A program made the position numbers and the translations under genes. Positions 9,798 through 20,168 of a stretch of 64,000 nt of DNA are shown one piece after another. A model generated the notes under the pieces. The model made no database searches, was not told the origin of the DNA, and worked only from the letters and a program-made list of their open reading frames with translations. The DNA comes from an uncultured Pseudobdellovibrionaceae bacterium. Its GTDB lineage: Bacteria; Bdellovibrionota; Bdellovibrionia; Bdellovibrionales; UBA1609. The stretch covers positions 544,001 to 608,000 of the forward strand of contig CAWDNU010000004.1 in NCBI GenBank assembly GCA_963803705.1. Direction: 5' to 3'. The first letter of the stretch is position 1; each line of letters opens with the position of its first letter.

Positions 9798-10166
9798 TTG
9801 AAAATACTTTTAGCTGAAGACGACCCGAATATTTCGACAATTTCTAAAATGACTTTAGAAACTTTAGGTTCTCATGAAGTGCACACAGTAGATAACGGCG
9901 AAGCTGCATACCAAAGAGCTCTAGTTGAGACCTTCGATGTCATACTTCTTGATGAAATGATGCCTGGAATGAACGGTATTAAAGTGTGTAAAGAACTTAG
10001 GGCAAAAAAAATAAAAACTCCTATTATATTTTTAAGTGCTAAATCCCAATTGACTGACGTGGAAGTTTTCGAAGCAATTGGCACCGGTTTTATCCCAAAA
10101 CCTTTTGACCCAATGACCCTAAACGACCAGATTTTACAAATTCTGAAAGGCGATAAACTCTTGTGA
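9798..10166 (+). CDS. Single-domain response regulator
   Basis: LLAEDD, LLDEMMP, FLSA, KPFD; TTG start behind AGGAGG. Confidence 0.92.
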   Translation: MKILLAEDDPNISTISKMTLETLGSHEVHTVDNGEAAYQRALVETFDVILLDEMMPGMNGIKVCKELRAKKIKTPIIFLSAKSQLTDVEVFEAIGTGFIPKPFDPMTLNDQILQILKGDKLL

Positions 10167-11494
10167 GTTCAATCTTATTTAAAATACGTTTTTTCATTTT
10201 AGTTTCGGTTCTCGTTTTTGGTTCAAGCTTGCTGGTTTGCATAGACTCGTTCATTGAATGGCGGGATTCTTATGCAGAGCTTAAAGAGAGCTGGCAGATT
10301 GAAGCCTACCTAAAATCAATGCCTTACAACTCTCGTGACGCCGAAGTCCTAGTAACCTGGAGAAAACAGCTAAAGCCAAACTTCAGAAAAGAAGCTTTAA
10401 GCTCTATTATTCAAGCTATCAACAATCGACTGACACGGACCTACACTGAAAAGACTAAGTTTTTTATCAATCAAGAAGATGTTTACAGAAAATTTTTAGG
10501 AAAAAAGCTAGAAGCGCTTCGAAGTAAAATAATCTGGTGCTTATACTTGGTAATAGTGTGTTTTATTGTAGTCACTTTGTTTATGTCTATCTATGTTCAA
10601 AATTCGATATTTAGTCCTTTAAACAATCTATACTTACGGATGCTAGACTTTTTAAACGATAGGTATACTTACGAATTTAAGGCACCAGAAGCTAACGAGA
10701 TTGGTGATTTACAATCTACATTTAACTCGCTTGCACAACGAGTTATAAATAACATCGAAGAACTAAAAACTTTAGATAGTGCAAAAACAGAATTTCTAAA
10801 CATAGCAAGCCATGAACTAAGAACACCTCTGACTTCAATCAAGGGGTCACTAAGTCTTCTTAGAAACGGTGTCAGTGGTGAACTGAATGAAAACTCGTCG
10901 AAACTTCTTTTAATCGCAGAGTCAGAGACGGATAGACTGATTCGTTTGATAAACGACCTTTTAGATCTTGCAAAGATTGAAGCTAAAAAATTACCTTTAG
11001 ATGAAACATGGTATAAGATTGAATCCGTCATCAGCGAAACTTTTGAAAGTTTAAGAGGATTAACAGAAGCTACTAAGGTAAAACTAGTGATTAAAGATCA
11101 ACTTCCAATTGATGTTTTTATTGATCAGGATCGTATCCACCAAGTGTTAACCAATCTGCTTTCTAACGCTATAAAATACAGTCCCCATGCAGGTATTGTG
11201 ACAGTAAACTATTTTGTAAATGGTCACCATCAACTAGTTGTTGAAATATCAGATCAAGGGCGCGGCATAGCTCCCGAGGATCAAAAGCAAATTTTTGAAA
11301 AGTTTAGACAAGCTACCAATGACCGTAGTCCACTGGTTAAAGGAACGGGGCTGGGGCTAGCTATTGCCCGGGCCATCATTGAAGAACATGGTGGCGAAAT
11401 TAATGTTAAATCTTTACCAAAAAAAGGAAGCTCTTTTTATTTCACTCTACCCAAATGGAAGTACAGAAAAACGCGCCCTGGAGTTGCAGCATGA
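10163..11494 (+). CDS. HAMP-domain sensor histidine kinase
   Basis: Two TMs, HAMP (NEIGDL), ASHELRTPL, NLLSNAIKYS, GTGLGL. Confidence 0.92.
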   Translation: MSSILFKIRFFILVSVLVFGSSLLVCIDSFIEWRDSYAELKESWQIEAYLKSMPYNSRDAEVLVTWRKQLKPNFRKEALSSIIQAINNRLTRTYTEKTKFFINQEDVYRKFLGKKLEALRSKIIWCLYLVIVCFIVVTLFMSIYVQNSIFSPLNNLYLRMLDFLNDRYTYEFKAPEANEIGDLQSTFNSLAQRVINNIEELKTLDSAKTEFLNIASHELRTPLTSIKGSLSLLRNGVSGELNENSSKLLLIAESETDRLIRLINDLLDLAKIEAKKLPLDETWYKIESVISETFESLRGLTEATKVKLVIKDQLPIDVFIDQDRIHQVLTNLLSNAIKYSPHAGIVTVNYFVNGHHQLVVEISDQGRGIAPEDQKQIFEKFRQATNDRSPLVKGTGLGLAIARAIIEEHGGEINVKSLPKKGSSFYFTLPKWKYRKTRPGVAA

Positions 11495-11850
11495 ACCTAG
11501 ACGAAATCTTGGCTAAGTTACAAAAAAAATATATTAAAAACATGCCTGATAAAATAAAAACAATGGATAAACTGATTCAAGTAGAAGACTTCAAATCCTT
11601 AAGAGAGGAATTCCACAAAATTAAAGGTACAGGCCGAACCTACGGATTAGCTGAAGTGTCTGACTTAGGAGCTCTTTTTGAAGAGATTTTAATTCTATCT
11701 GAATTTCAGCCAAAAATGAACTGGGCATTAGATGCTTATGACTTGTTCAAAGATATATACGATTCAAGGTCAAAAAATAAAGTTTTTAACATCGGTCGTG
11801 ACCCTAGATATAAAAACTTGCAATCAGCTCTGGAAACTTTAAAGAAATAA
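11491..11850 (+). CDS. Hpt (phosphotransfer) domain protein
   Basis: FHKIKGTGRTYG motif; ATGA overlap with the kinase stop. Confidence 0.8.
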   Translation: MNLDEILAKLQKKYIKNMPDKIKTMDKLIQVEDFKSLREEFHKIKGTGRTYGLAEVSDLGALFEEILILSEFQPKMNWALDAYDLFKDIYDSRSKNKVFNIGRDPRYKNLQSALETLKK

Positions 11851-11865
11851 GGTAAGTATAGGATC

Positions 11866-13239
11866 ATGTTTGACGAACTAAAAAAGATTCTATCTGCTGA
11901 CCAAATTATATTTGAATCCTCCGAACTTAAAAATTACGGTCAAGATTGGACAAAACTTTACGACCCAGATGCTTGCGTTTTATTGTTTCCAAAGACCACA
12001 ACAGATGTTCAAAAGATAGTTAATTGGGGCAATCACAATAAAGTTGGACTAGTTCCAAGCGGTGGGCGAACAGGGTTAAGTGGTGGCGCAGTCGCCTTAG
12101 ACAAAGAAGCTATAGTTTCTTTCGAGAAAATGAATAAGGTCATAGACTTCAACGAAGATGACTTATCGATCACTTGTGAAGCTGGTGCCATAACCAAGGA
12201 CATACAGAATTTAGCTGCTGATAAAGGATTCTTTTTTCCTGTAGATTTTTCGGCCACCGGTTCAAGCCAGATTGGGGGCAACATCGCAACCAACGCCGGC
12301 GGAATAAATGTTATACGATACGGAATGTTTAGAAATTGGGTCACCTCTTTAGAAGTTGTAACTGGCGAAGGTGAGGTGCTTCACATTAATAAAGGCCTTG
12401 AAAAGAACAACACAGGTTATGATTTAAAAAACTTGTTTATTGGTAGCGAAGGTACCCTGGGCTTTATAACTAAAGCCACTTTAAAGTTAACTAAACAGCC
12501 TTTAGACCCCCTTGTGTTTTTACTGGCCTGCGAAAGCTCCAAACATATTTTACCAATTTTAAAAGCCTTTAGGCCCCTAACCTTAAATGCTTTTGAGGTG
12601 TTTTCGGATTTAGGCCTAAGCTACGTTATGAAACACTCTAAATTACCCGCTCCGTTTCAAGAAAGACACCCAGTTTATATTATTGTAGATTTCGAAAGCC
12701 AACTAAATGAGACCGAAAAGGCTTTAGAAATTTTTGAAGACTTACTTGGTAAGGGCTTTATTTGTGATGGCGTATTAAGTCAGAATCAAGCCCAATATAA
12801 GGACTTATGGGGTTACCGAGAACATATTTCTGAAAGTATTTCTTCGCAGATGCCCTACAAAAATGATGTATCTGTAAAGACAAGCCGGATTCCAGAATTT
12901 ATAACCACAGCTGTAGACTACATTCAGACAGAGTTTCCTGGTTGCGAGGTCGTCTGGTTTGGGCACATCGGTGACGGCAACCTACACATCAATATTCTAA
13001 AACCTACAGATATGGACAAAGAGGATTTTAAAAAGATGTGTTCAGATAAAAGCCCAGTTTTATTCGATCAAATATCAAAATTTGAGGGAAGCATCTCAGC
13101 CGAGCATGGAGTGGGACTACTTAAAAAAAACCACTTACACTATACGAGGTCGCCAGAAGAAATTTTACTGTTCAAAAAGATAAAAAAAGTTTTTGACCCT
13201 AACGGAATCATGAATCCCGGTAAGCTGATTGCTGTCTAG
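11866..13239 (+). CDS. FAD-linked oxidoreductase, D-2-hydroxyglutarate dehydrogenase-like
   Basis: PSGGRTGLSGGA, GGNIATNAGG, GSEGTLG, FGHIGDGNLH, SAEHGVG, DPNGIMNPGK. Confidence 0.88.
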   Translation: MFDELKKILSADQIIFESSELKNYGQDWTKLYDPDACVLLFPKTTTDVQKIVNWGNHNKVGLVPSGGRTGLSGGAVALDKEAIVSFEKMNKVIDFNEDDLSITCEAGAITKDIQNLAADKGFFFPVDFSATGSSQIGGNIATNAGGINVIRYGMFRNWVTSLEVVTGEGEVLHINKGLEKNNTGYDLKNLFIGSEGTLGFITKATLKLTKQPLDPLVFLLACESSKHILPILKAFRPLTLNAFEVFSDLGLSYVMKHSKLPAPFQERHPVYIIVDFESQLNETEKALEIFEDLLGKGFICDGVLSQNQAQYKDLWGYREHISESISSQMPYKNDVSVKTSRIPEFITTAVDYIQTEFPGCEVVWFGHIGDGNLHINILKPTDMDKEDFKKMCSDKSPVLFDQISKFEGSISAEHGVGLLKKNHLHYTRSPEEILLFKKIKKVFDPNGIMNPGKLIAV

Positions 13240-13269
13240 TTCACTTGCTTTGCTCGCTAGAACTTTTCC

Positions 13270-14583
13270 TTACATTAGATTAGGTAAAAGCAAAAAGCAT
13301 AAGGATGCAACTGCAGTTGGGAATATTGCCCACAATAAAAGGTTTAAAGGTTTTATTGTGTTATCTTCAAAGCAGCCTTTTAAAATACCGTAACCAGCTG
13401 GGTTTGGAGCGTTAGCAATAACAGTTAACCCTCCACCTGTAACAGCACCAGCAACTAAATAATATTTGGCTGTGTCAGAAAGATCTACTAAAGAACCCAA
13501 ATAAGTTAAGGCAGCATTGTCAGTGATAGCTGTAAGGCCTGTGGCTCCGAAATAAAGCGCTAAATCGCTCATGCTTACAAGTACAACTTGAAGCCACCAT
13601 TGTTGAATTGAGCCCAACACTACTAGGCCGCCTAGAAAAAAGCCAACCATCAGTGACTCTCTTAGTTTTACAGTGTTTTGGTATTCCTCGGTGATTTTCA
13701 AAAAACCAAGAAAAAACAGAAATAGTCCTCCAAAGAAAACCATATGGTGAGCTGTTGCAACCACCCCGGCTAAAAACAAGATATGGATTAAAAATATCCA
13801 CCAGGTTGGGTATATATGAAAAACATCATCTTTTGGCTTTACCATCTCCCCTGTGAGCTCTTTTTTAAATAGGGTAGAAATCACTAATGTGTTTATCAAA
13901 ATTGCAACAATAGCTTTCCAGCCAAAATTTAACATCATAAATTCAAAACCCCATCCATATTTGCTGGCTACCATAAGAACAGGTGGAGCTGCAAAATGAG
14001 TCAGGGTACCGCCGATCGAAACGTTAACAAATAACAAGCCCAAGGTAGCGTATTTAAATTTAACAGACATATTTTGACTATAAAAATAGTTTAACAAAAT
14101 TAAGGCAGTAACTGTCATCGAAGCTGGCTCTGTAATAAAGGATCCAAGTATTGGTCCCACAATTAAAGCAGATACATAAAAAGATTTTTTGGATTTAAAT
14201 GGCAAAATGTTAGCCACAAACTGAATGCTTTTTTCGGCCAAAATAATAATCGGTCGTGTAGCAGCCATGCACATAATAACGAATACAAATGCAGGTTCAG
14301 TGAAGTTCTGAGATTCTAGATAGTGAAGCGCCCCGCCAATGACTTTGTGATGAGACTCGTCGTAAATGGCAAAGCCATCTATTAAAGAATAAAAAACAAG
14401 AAATATGGCTGACCACAAACCAAAAACAATTTCGACATCACCCAACAGGTGGTAAAAATTCTCTCCGACTGACCCTTCGGGGTGATTGTGAGCTAGCTTC
14501 TGGAAATAGCTTGCAGTAAAAGTGTGTAGCACTGCAATTGCAAAACAAATTGTTCCAATGAGTTCTATAGACGATGGATTCAT
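13270..14583 (-). CDS. Putative Na+/H+ antiporter (DUF1504-like)
   Basis: Multi-TM protein with GSFITEPA, GGTLTHFAAPPV, TDNAALTYLG, GGGLTVIANAPNPAG. Confidence 0.8.
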   Translation of the reverse strand: MNPSSIELIGTICFAIAVLHTFTASYFQKLAHNHPEGSVGENFYHLLGDVEIVFGLWSAIFLVFYSLIDGFAIYDESHHKVIGGALHYLESQNFTEPAFVFVIMCMAATRPIIILAEKSIQFVANILPFKSKKSFYVSALIVGPILGSFITEPASMTVTALILLNYFYSQNMSVKFKYATLGLLFVNVSIGGTLTHFAAPPVLMVASKYGWGFEFMMLNFGWKAIVAILINTLVISTLFKKELTGEMVKPKDDVFHIYPTWWIFLIHILFLAGVVATAHHMVFFGGLFLFFLGFLKITEEYQNTVKLRESLMVGFFLGGLVVLGSIQQWWLQVVLVSMSDLALYFGATGLTAITDNAALTYLGSLVDLSDTAKYYLVAGAVTGGGLTVIANAPNPAGYGILKGCFEDNTIKPLNLLLWAIFPTAVASLCFLLLPNLM

Positions 14584-14803
14584 AGATGAAAGCCCTATTT
14601 TTGATACTTAAGTTGAAGCCTAAATTAGTTGTGAATACAGTTTGAGGGTTAAAAAGGATATAAGCAAACTGACGCTATGTTTAATTTGCGGTCCAAACTT
14701 GTTTTCTGTGAAGGTCTGTTTTCCAAGCTTAGTTTGGCGCTGACTTACAAAAAAATACACGCTACTCTTGAAGATTATATGGTTATGTTATCTATTGCAG
14801 AAA

Positions 14804-15190
14804 ATGAAATTAGAAAAAGTCTTACAGAATGAGTTTGCTAGATATCTACTAGTCAGTGTCCTTTCAATCCTTTCGAACTATTTAATCTTTGCACTTTCAC
14901 TAAAGCATTACGAATTAAATTATATTTTAGCATCAGCAGTGGGCTTTTTCGTTGGTACACTGTTAGGATTTGTTTTCAACAAAAGCTACACCTTCAACTA
15001 CAAACAAAAATTTAGGTGGAGTACCCTTGGTCTGTATATACTTGTAAGCATTTTAGCCCTACTTATAGGGCTTCTTAGTTTAGAATTGCTAAAGCACTAT
15101 GGCTATCACCAAATGATTTCAAATCTTGTTGCTATGACAATTTCTGTACTTTTAGGATACATTGGAATCAAAAAATTTGTCTTCTACTAA
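14804..15190 (+). CDS. GtrA family membrane protein
   Basis: Four TMs; RYLLV..FVFNKSYTF..KKFVF pattern. Confidence 0.8.
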   Translation: MKLEKVLQNEFARYLLVSVLSILSNYLIFALSLKHYELNYILASAVGFFVGTLLGFVFNKSYTFNYKQKFRWSTLGLYILVSILALLIGLLSLELLKHYGYHQMISNLVAMTISVLLGYIGIKKFVFY

Positions 15191-16380
15191 ATCAGCCTGG
15201 TCTTTATTGACGTCTCTAAATTTTTGATTTCTTCTAAAACTTTCGGTTTGGGCTTTCTCTCGATATCCATAGCTAGATAGCCAATCTGGCTATTTGTAGA
15301 CAGTTGTTGTCTAGAGATATTCACATCATGTTCTGAAATAATTTTGTTGATAGCGCCTAAAACCCCTGGAACATTCTGATGAACATTTAGTATTCTAAAT
15401 CCTTTTTCAATTGGTTGCAGATTTAGATTTGGAAAATTAACCGAACCGAATGAATCACCTGTTCTGATGAATTTTATCAAACTTTCGCTGACCTCTTGTC
15501 CAATCGCAACCTGAGCCTCTTCTGTGCTTCCGCCTATGTGAGGAGTCAAAATCACGTTACTCAGCTTCTGTAAATTTGATACAAATTTATCTTGATTGGC
15601 TTTTGGCTCTGTTGGGAAAACATCTAAAGCGGCCCCGGCCAAATGACCTGAAACCAAAGATTTTTTTAAGGCCTTCAAATCTACCACGGTGCCCCTACTA
15701 GCATTTATCAAAAAACTTCCTTTTTTCATTGTACTCAGTTCTTTTTCTGAAATCATGTCCTCAGTTTGGTCAGTTAAAGGCACATGTAGACTAATGAAGT
15801 CCGATTGACTAAGTAATTTCCTTAAAGTGCTTTCGGAAACAGCGTTACCTAACGGCAGCTTTTTCTGAATATCGTAATAATGCACCTTCAAACCTAATGA
15901 CTCTGCTATTACTCCTAACTGTGAGCCTATGTGCCCATACCCTACAATACCCAATTTTTTTCCACGCACTTCATGAGACCCAGTAGAGGACTTATTCCAC
16001 TGCCCCATATGCATCTGGAAAGCTTTTGTGAATAGTCCCCGAGCCAGAAGTATGATCTCAGCTATTACGAGTTCTGCCACGCTCCTAGTGTTCGAAAATG
16101 GAGCGTTAAAAACAGCAATACCAAACTGAGTGGCAGTTTTTAAATCAATTTGGTTAGTTCCAATGCAAAAAGCCCCGATCGCCTGTAGTTCAGCTGCAGC
16201 TCGCAAAACTTCGCTGGTGACCAATGACTTTGATCTAATACCCAAAACGCTTACCTTAAGCAAAAGTTTGGATAATTCTGGGCCGGTCTCCGACGCGGGG
16301 TGCTCGTAAACCTTTATTTGAGCATCTTCCAATTGCGTTTTTACGACCTTATGAACTTTTTCTAAAAGCAGTGCGTTCAT
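15187..16380 (-). CDS. serA: D-3-phosphoglycerate dehydrogenase
   Basis: GIRSKS, CIGTNQ, NTRSVAE, GYGHIG, TPHIGGST; C-terminal ACT domain HQNVPGVL. Confidence 0.95.
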   Translation of the reverse strand: MNALLLEKVHKVVKTQLEDAQIKVYEHPASETGPELSKLLLKVSVLGIRSKSLVTSEVLRAAAELQAIGAFCIGTNQIDLKTATQFGIAVFNAPFSNTRSVAELVIAEIILLARGLFTKAFQMHMGQWNKSSTGSHEVRGKKLGIVGYGHIGSQLGVIAESLGLKVHYYDIQKKLPLGNAVSESTLRKLLSQSDFISLHVPLTDQTEDMISEKELSTMKKGSFLINASRGTVVDLKALKKSLVSGHLAGAALDVFPTEPKANQDKFVSNLQKLSNVILTPHIGGSTEEAQVAIGQEVSESLIKFIRTGDSFGSVNFPNLNLQPIEKGFRILNVHQNVPGVLGAINKIISEHDVNISRQQLSTNSQIGYLAMDIERKPKPKVLEEIKNLETSIKTRLI

Positions 16381-16442
16381 CGTTTTTAATGTCCTTGAAA
16401 GCTAGAGTTACAGGTAGAGTTATTATGAAAGCTAAGCTATAA

Positions 16443-16532
16443 GTTTTATAGGATTAGTGAGCGTAAGCAATCCTGGTCCTAAATTTTGTGGTTCATGACC
16501 AGGATTGCTTACGCTCACTAATCCTATAAAAC
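16443..16532. repeat. Perfect inverted repeat P2 (REPIN-like doublet)
   Basis: GTTTTATAGGATTAGTGAGCGTAAGCAATCCTGGTC (16443-16478) and its exact 36-bp reverse complement (16497-16532); 18-nt spacer. Confidence 0.95.
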
Positions 16533-16593
16533 CTGAAGCAAGCTGTGTCTATAAATTAAAATTCTGATTTAATACTAAGAGGACCTTGTTATT

Positions 16594-17520
16594 ATGTTCG
16601 ATCACTTTCTGATTTTTGATGCATTTTATTTGCAGAATTTCGCCTTTATTTTTGGCTTTTTAATTTTAATTGCCACTCCCCTTTATTTTTTAAAAGACAA
16701 AGGCGTTTATTATCAGACCTCTTGGTCTAGCGTTGTCAGTTGGTTCTACGTTTTACCTGCTATCTTTATTTTTTTTGCATTGCCAGAGCCTGGTCCCTTA
16801 GTAATCTTGGGTTTGATGTCTATCTACTCTTTGAAAACTTTTTTCCAGATGACCGGAATTTATCATCGATATTATTTCGTTAACTTAAGTTATTTGCTTA
16901 TCGCTCTTGGAACCTACCTTATTTTTATCGAGGACCGGGGTTTTTTCACCGCCCTACCAATGGTTGCACTTATGGGGTATATATTTGTCGCGATCTTAAG
17001 AAATAACTACGTTTACATGGTCCAATATATCGGGCTTTCATTGATAGGTTTTTCGGTATACGGATGGTTTTACCTGCACGGTGCCGAAATTTTGACTTTC
17101 AGCTTTGGCGTCTACACTTTAATTTACCTTTATGCTCTAAGCGAATTTTCTATCGCTCTTAGCTCTAGCCTAAGCTTAAGTTTTGGTAAAATTCCACTTA
17201 GAAATCGTATCAATTCTAAAATTAAGCTTGAAGGATTTGTTATTTCCACTGTTCTCACCGTTTTTATCGCTTGGATTTGGCGACGAATGATGCCGGTGGA
17301 ACTTCAAAGTGAGTGGCTAACGGTGGGTTTGATCTGCGCTATATTTTCGACTTTAGGGGATTTGACACTTTCTGTTATTAGAAAGGACTTAAAGATAAAA
17401 GATCATGGTGTGTTTATTATCGGTAGAAGTAATATTTTAAGCCGGGTAAATAAAGTAGTTTTTGTCTTCCCTGCTTACTACTATTTTGTAAAACTAGTCG
17501 AGATCAAGTCCAACTTTTAA
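16594..17520 (+). CDS. Phosphatidate cytidylyltransferase family protein
   Basis: Multi-TM; KLEGF, LGDL..S..RKDLKIKDHG..ILSR CDP-transferase-like signature. Confidence 0.78.
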   Translation: MFDHFLIFDAFYLQNFAFIFGFLILIATPLYFLKDKGVYYQTSWSSVVSWFYVLPAIFIFFALPEPGPLVILGLMSIYSLKTFFQMTGIYHRYYFVNLSYLLIALGTYLIFIEDRGFFTALPMVALMGYIFVAILRNNYVYMVQYIGLSLIGFSVYGWFYLHGAEILTFSFGVYTLIYLYALSEFSIALSSSLSLSFGKIPLRNRINSKIKLEGFVISTVLTVFIAWIWRRMMPVELQSEWLTVGLICAIFSTLGDLTLSVIRKDLKIKDHGVFIIGRSNILSRVNKVVFVFPAYYYFVKLVEIKSNF

Positions 17521-17543
17521 GTTCTAAAGCTGCAGGTTAAGCC

Positions 17544-18287
17544 ATGAAAATGAAAAATTGGAATTACGAAAACGAACAGTGGACTAAGCTTCCAAGCCAT
17601 CTAAAACATCTACCTTTATTTACTCGCCATAGGGATATTACCGCAGGGATTATCAGCATTGTTTGGGCCTTTTTTTTGAAATTCATAGGTTTTGGGCTAT
17701 ATATTCGACTTAAGGTTCATGGCTCGTTCAAAGAAATTTATAAAAAACACCCAAAACTTTTAATCATAAGTAATCACTCATCACACTTAGACGCTACCTC
17801 CATAACAGCCGCTGTGCCCTGGAGGTATTGGGGTGACCTGTATATTTCTGCTGCTAAAGACTACTGGTTTAGAAACCCGCTATTTACTTTTTTCTCAAAA
17901 TACTGCCTTGGTGCTATCCCAATCGATCGAAAAAAAAATAAGTCAGAGGCGGTAAATCTAATAAATTCGTTGCTGTCTGATTTGGACAGGATTTGGTTGA
18001 TTTTGTTTCCTGAAGGGACAAGGTCAAATGATGGATATGTTCACAGCTTCAAACGAGGCGTAAGCATATTTTCTGTTAGTTCGCAGACTCCTATTTTATT
18101 CTTATATATTGAAGGTAACTCTCGATTGTGGCCAAAAGGTCTGCTTTTGCCTCGCCCAGGGGTTTTAAATGTTCATATTGGGCCGGTTATACCACCCACC
18201 GGTGACATTGAAACCGTAAAGTCAGCCTACAAAGACTGGGTCCAAAGTATTAACCCAGAAGCATATGATGAACTTGACGATCAATAA
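17544..18287 (+). CDS. Lysophospholipid acyltransferase (PlsC family)
   Basis: NHSSHLD (HxxxxD), PIDR, FPEGTRS. Confidence 0.9.
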   Translation: MKMKNWNYENEQWTKLPSHLKHLPLFTRHRDITAGIISIVWAFFLKFIGFGLYIRLKVHGSFKEIYKKHPKLLIISNHSSHLDATSITAAVPWRYWGDLYISAAKDYWFRNPLFTFFSKYCLGAIPIDRKKNKSEAVNLINSLLSDLDRIWLILFPEGTRSNDGYVHSFKRGVSIFSVSSQTPILFLYIEGNSRLWPKGLLLPRPGVLNVHIGPVIPPTGDIETVKSAYKDWVQSINPEAYDELDDQ

Positions 18288-18365
18288 ATTTTTTCGATGA
18301 ACAAAACAGTCATTGAAGCTTACCACGAACTTGACGGTCAGCAGAGACAGTCTTAAAGCTAGACT

Positions 18366-20168
18366 ATGACCTCACTTGATAAAGACCTGCAGCTTGTAAT
18401 TGCCTCTATAAACGGGAGCGGAACTTTAACTGCAAACAGAATTTTACATAAGGCTTTGTTTCGAGAAGGCTACAATGTGGTCGGAAAAAACCTTTTTCCT
18501 TCTAATATTGAAGGTCTGCCGACTTATTATTTTTTAAGAATTTCGAAAGACTCTAAGTCACTGAAAAGTAAAAATGAACTTTATGTGGGTTTAAACCCAG
18601 CCACCTACTTTCGAGACCTTAAAACGTTGGTAAGTCATGACACCAAATTTTTACTAAATACTGATCTTAAGCTTCAAGTCCCACAGCAAAACTTCTATGA
18701 GACTTTTAGTTTTAAGCAGACAATAAAAAACTCGAAAGCGCCAATTAAAATTAAAAAACGAATGTCGAACATGAGTTATGTTGGTTGGATAGCTCATTAT
18801 TTAAATATAAATTTGGACAATTTAAAAACACTCGTTCACCAGCAATTTTCGAATGGCGAAGTTGCAGAAGAAAATATTCAAGTCATGCTTCAAGGCTGGC
18901 AGTCATTTAATGGCAGTTCAGATTTTCAAGTTCCAAGTGCTGATCTAGACCCTTCAATTAAAAGCGACAATAGCTCAAAAATTTTAATAGAAGGTAATCA
19001 AGCTGCTGCATTGGGTTGGGTTGAAGGTGGTTGCACCGTGGCCACATGGTATCCAATCACTCCTTCTACATCACTTGTAGAGTCATTTAGTGATTACGCC
19101 AAACATTTAAGACCCAAGTCTGATTCAGTTGCAATCCTGCAGTCAGAGGACGAAATTTCGGCGATATCAAGTATTGTAGGTGCAGGCTGGGCAGGTGCCA
19201 GGGCAGCAACAGCAACTTCAGGACCTGGTCTTAGTTTGATGAGTGAAGCTTTGGGTCTAAGCTACTTTGCTGAAATTCCTACAGTAGTTTGCGATGTTCA
19301 AAGAGTCGGTCCTTCGACGGGGCTACCTACACGCACTTCTCAGGGTGATCTAGAGTTTGCTTTTAAAATTTCCCATGGAGATGGTTTCCACCCTGTTCTG
19401 CTACCTTCTGATCCTAATGAATGCTTTGAAATGAGTGCTGCTGCTTTTGATATTGCTGATAAGTATCAAACGCCGGTTTTTGTGCTGTCTGATTTAGATT
19501 TGGGTATGAACCTTTGGTCTGATAAACGCTTTAACGGTATAAAAAAAGGCTTCGAGAGATCCCAGATTTTAAACGAACCAGATTTAGAAGCCATAAATGC
19601 TAAAGGTCAAAAGTTTAAACGTTATGAAGGTGACAAGCATGGAATTCCCAGACGAACTCTTCCAGGGACGCATCACCCCGATGCCGCCTATTTAACTAGA
19701 GGAAGTGGTCACAACAAGTCCGCAGGTTACTCGGAACACCCCGAAGACTATGTAAATTTGATGGAAAGATTGAAGCTAAAGATTTTAAATGCGAGGCAAG
19801 ACTTACCGATGCCTGATATCTCTTTGAAAAGTCCTGATAGAAAATGGGGAGCAATTTTTTACGGAAGCACCCAGCAGATTTTTCCGGAGTTGGATACTTT
19901 ACTGAATCCTATACTGTCCGCTCAACTTAATACTTGCTGCGTTAAGTCCTTACCGCTGCACAAGCAAGTGTACCAATTTATTGAACAGCATGAAGTTACA
20001 TTTGTGATTGAGCAAAACCGAGATAGCCAATTAAAAAACATAATTTTACAAAGCGAAGCTTTAAACATCTCCGAAAAAATCAAAGCCATCACTCATTTTG
20101 ATGGCTGGTGCATTCAAGCTGATAAAATCGCTGAACAAATTTGTAATTATTTGAAGGAGACTTTATGA
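18366..20168 (+). CDS. 2-oxoacid:ferredoxin oxidoreductase alpha subunit
   Basis: WYPITPST, QSEDEISA, TATSGPG, QRVGPSTGLPT. Confidence 0.92.
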   Translation: MTSLDKDLQLVIASINGSGTLTANRILHKALFREGYNVVGKNLFPSNIEGLPTYYFLRISKDSKSLKSKNELYVGLNPATYFRDLKTLVSHDTKFLLNTDLKLQVPQQNFYETFSFKQTIKNSKAPIKIKKRMSNMSYVGWIAHYLNINLDNLKTLVHQQFSNGEVAEENIQVMLQGWQSFNGSSDFQVPSADLDPSIKSDNSSKILIEGNQAAALGWVEGGCTVATWYPITPSTSLVESFSDYAKHLRPKSDSVAILQSEDEISAISSIVGAGWAGARAATATSGPGLSLMSEALGLSYFAEIPTVVCDVQRVGPSTGLPTRTSQGDLEFAFKISHGDGFHPVLLPSDPNECFEMSAAAFDIADKYQTPVFVLSDLDLGMNLWSDKRFNGIKKGFERSQILNEPDLEAINAKGQKFKRYEGDKHGIPRRTLPGTHHPDAAYLTRGSGHNKSAGYSEHPEDYVNLMERLKLKILNARQDLPMPDISLKSPDRKWGAIFYGSTQQIFPELDTLLNPILSAQLNTCCVKSLPLHKQVYQFIEQHEVTFVIEQNRDSQLKNIILQSEALNISEKIKAITHFDGWCIQADKIAEQICNYLKETL

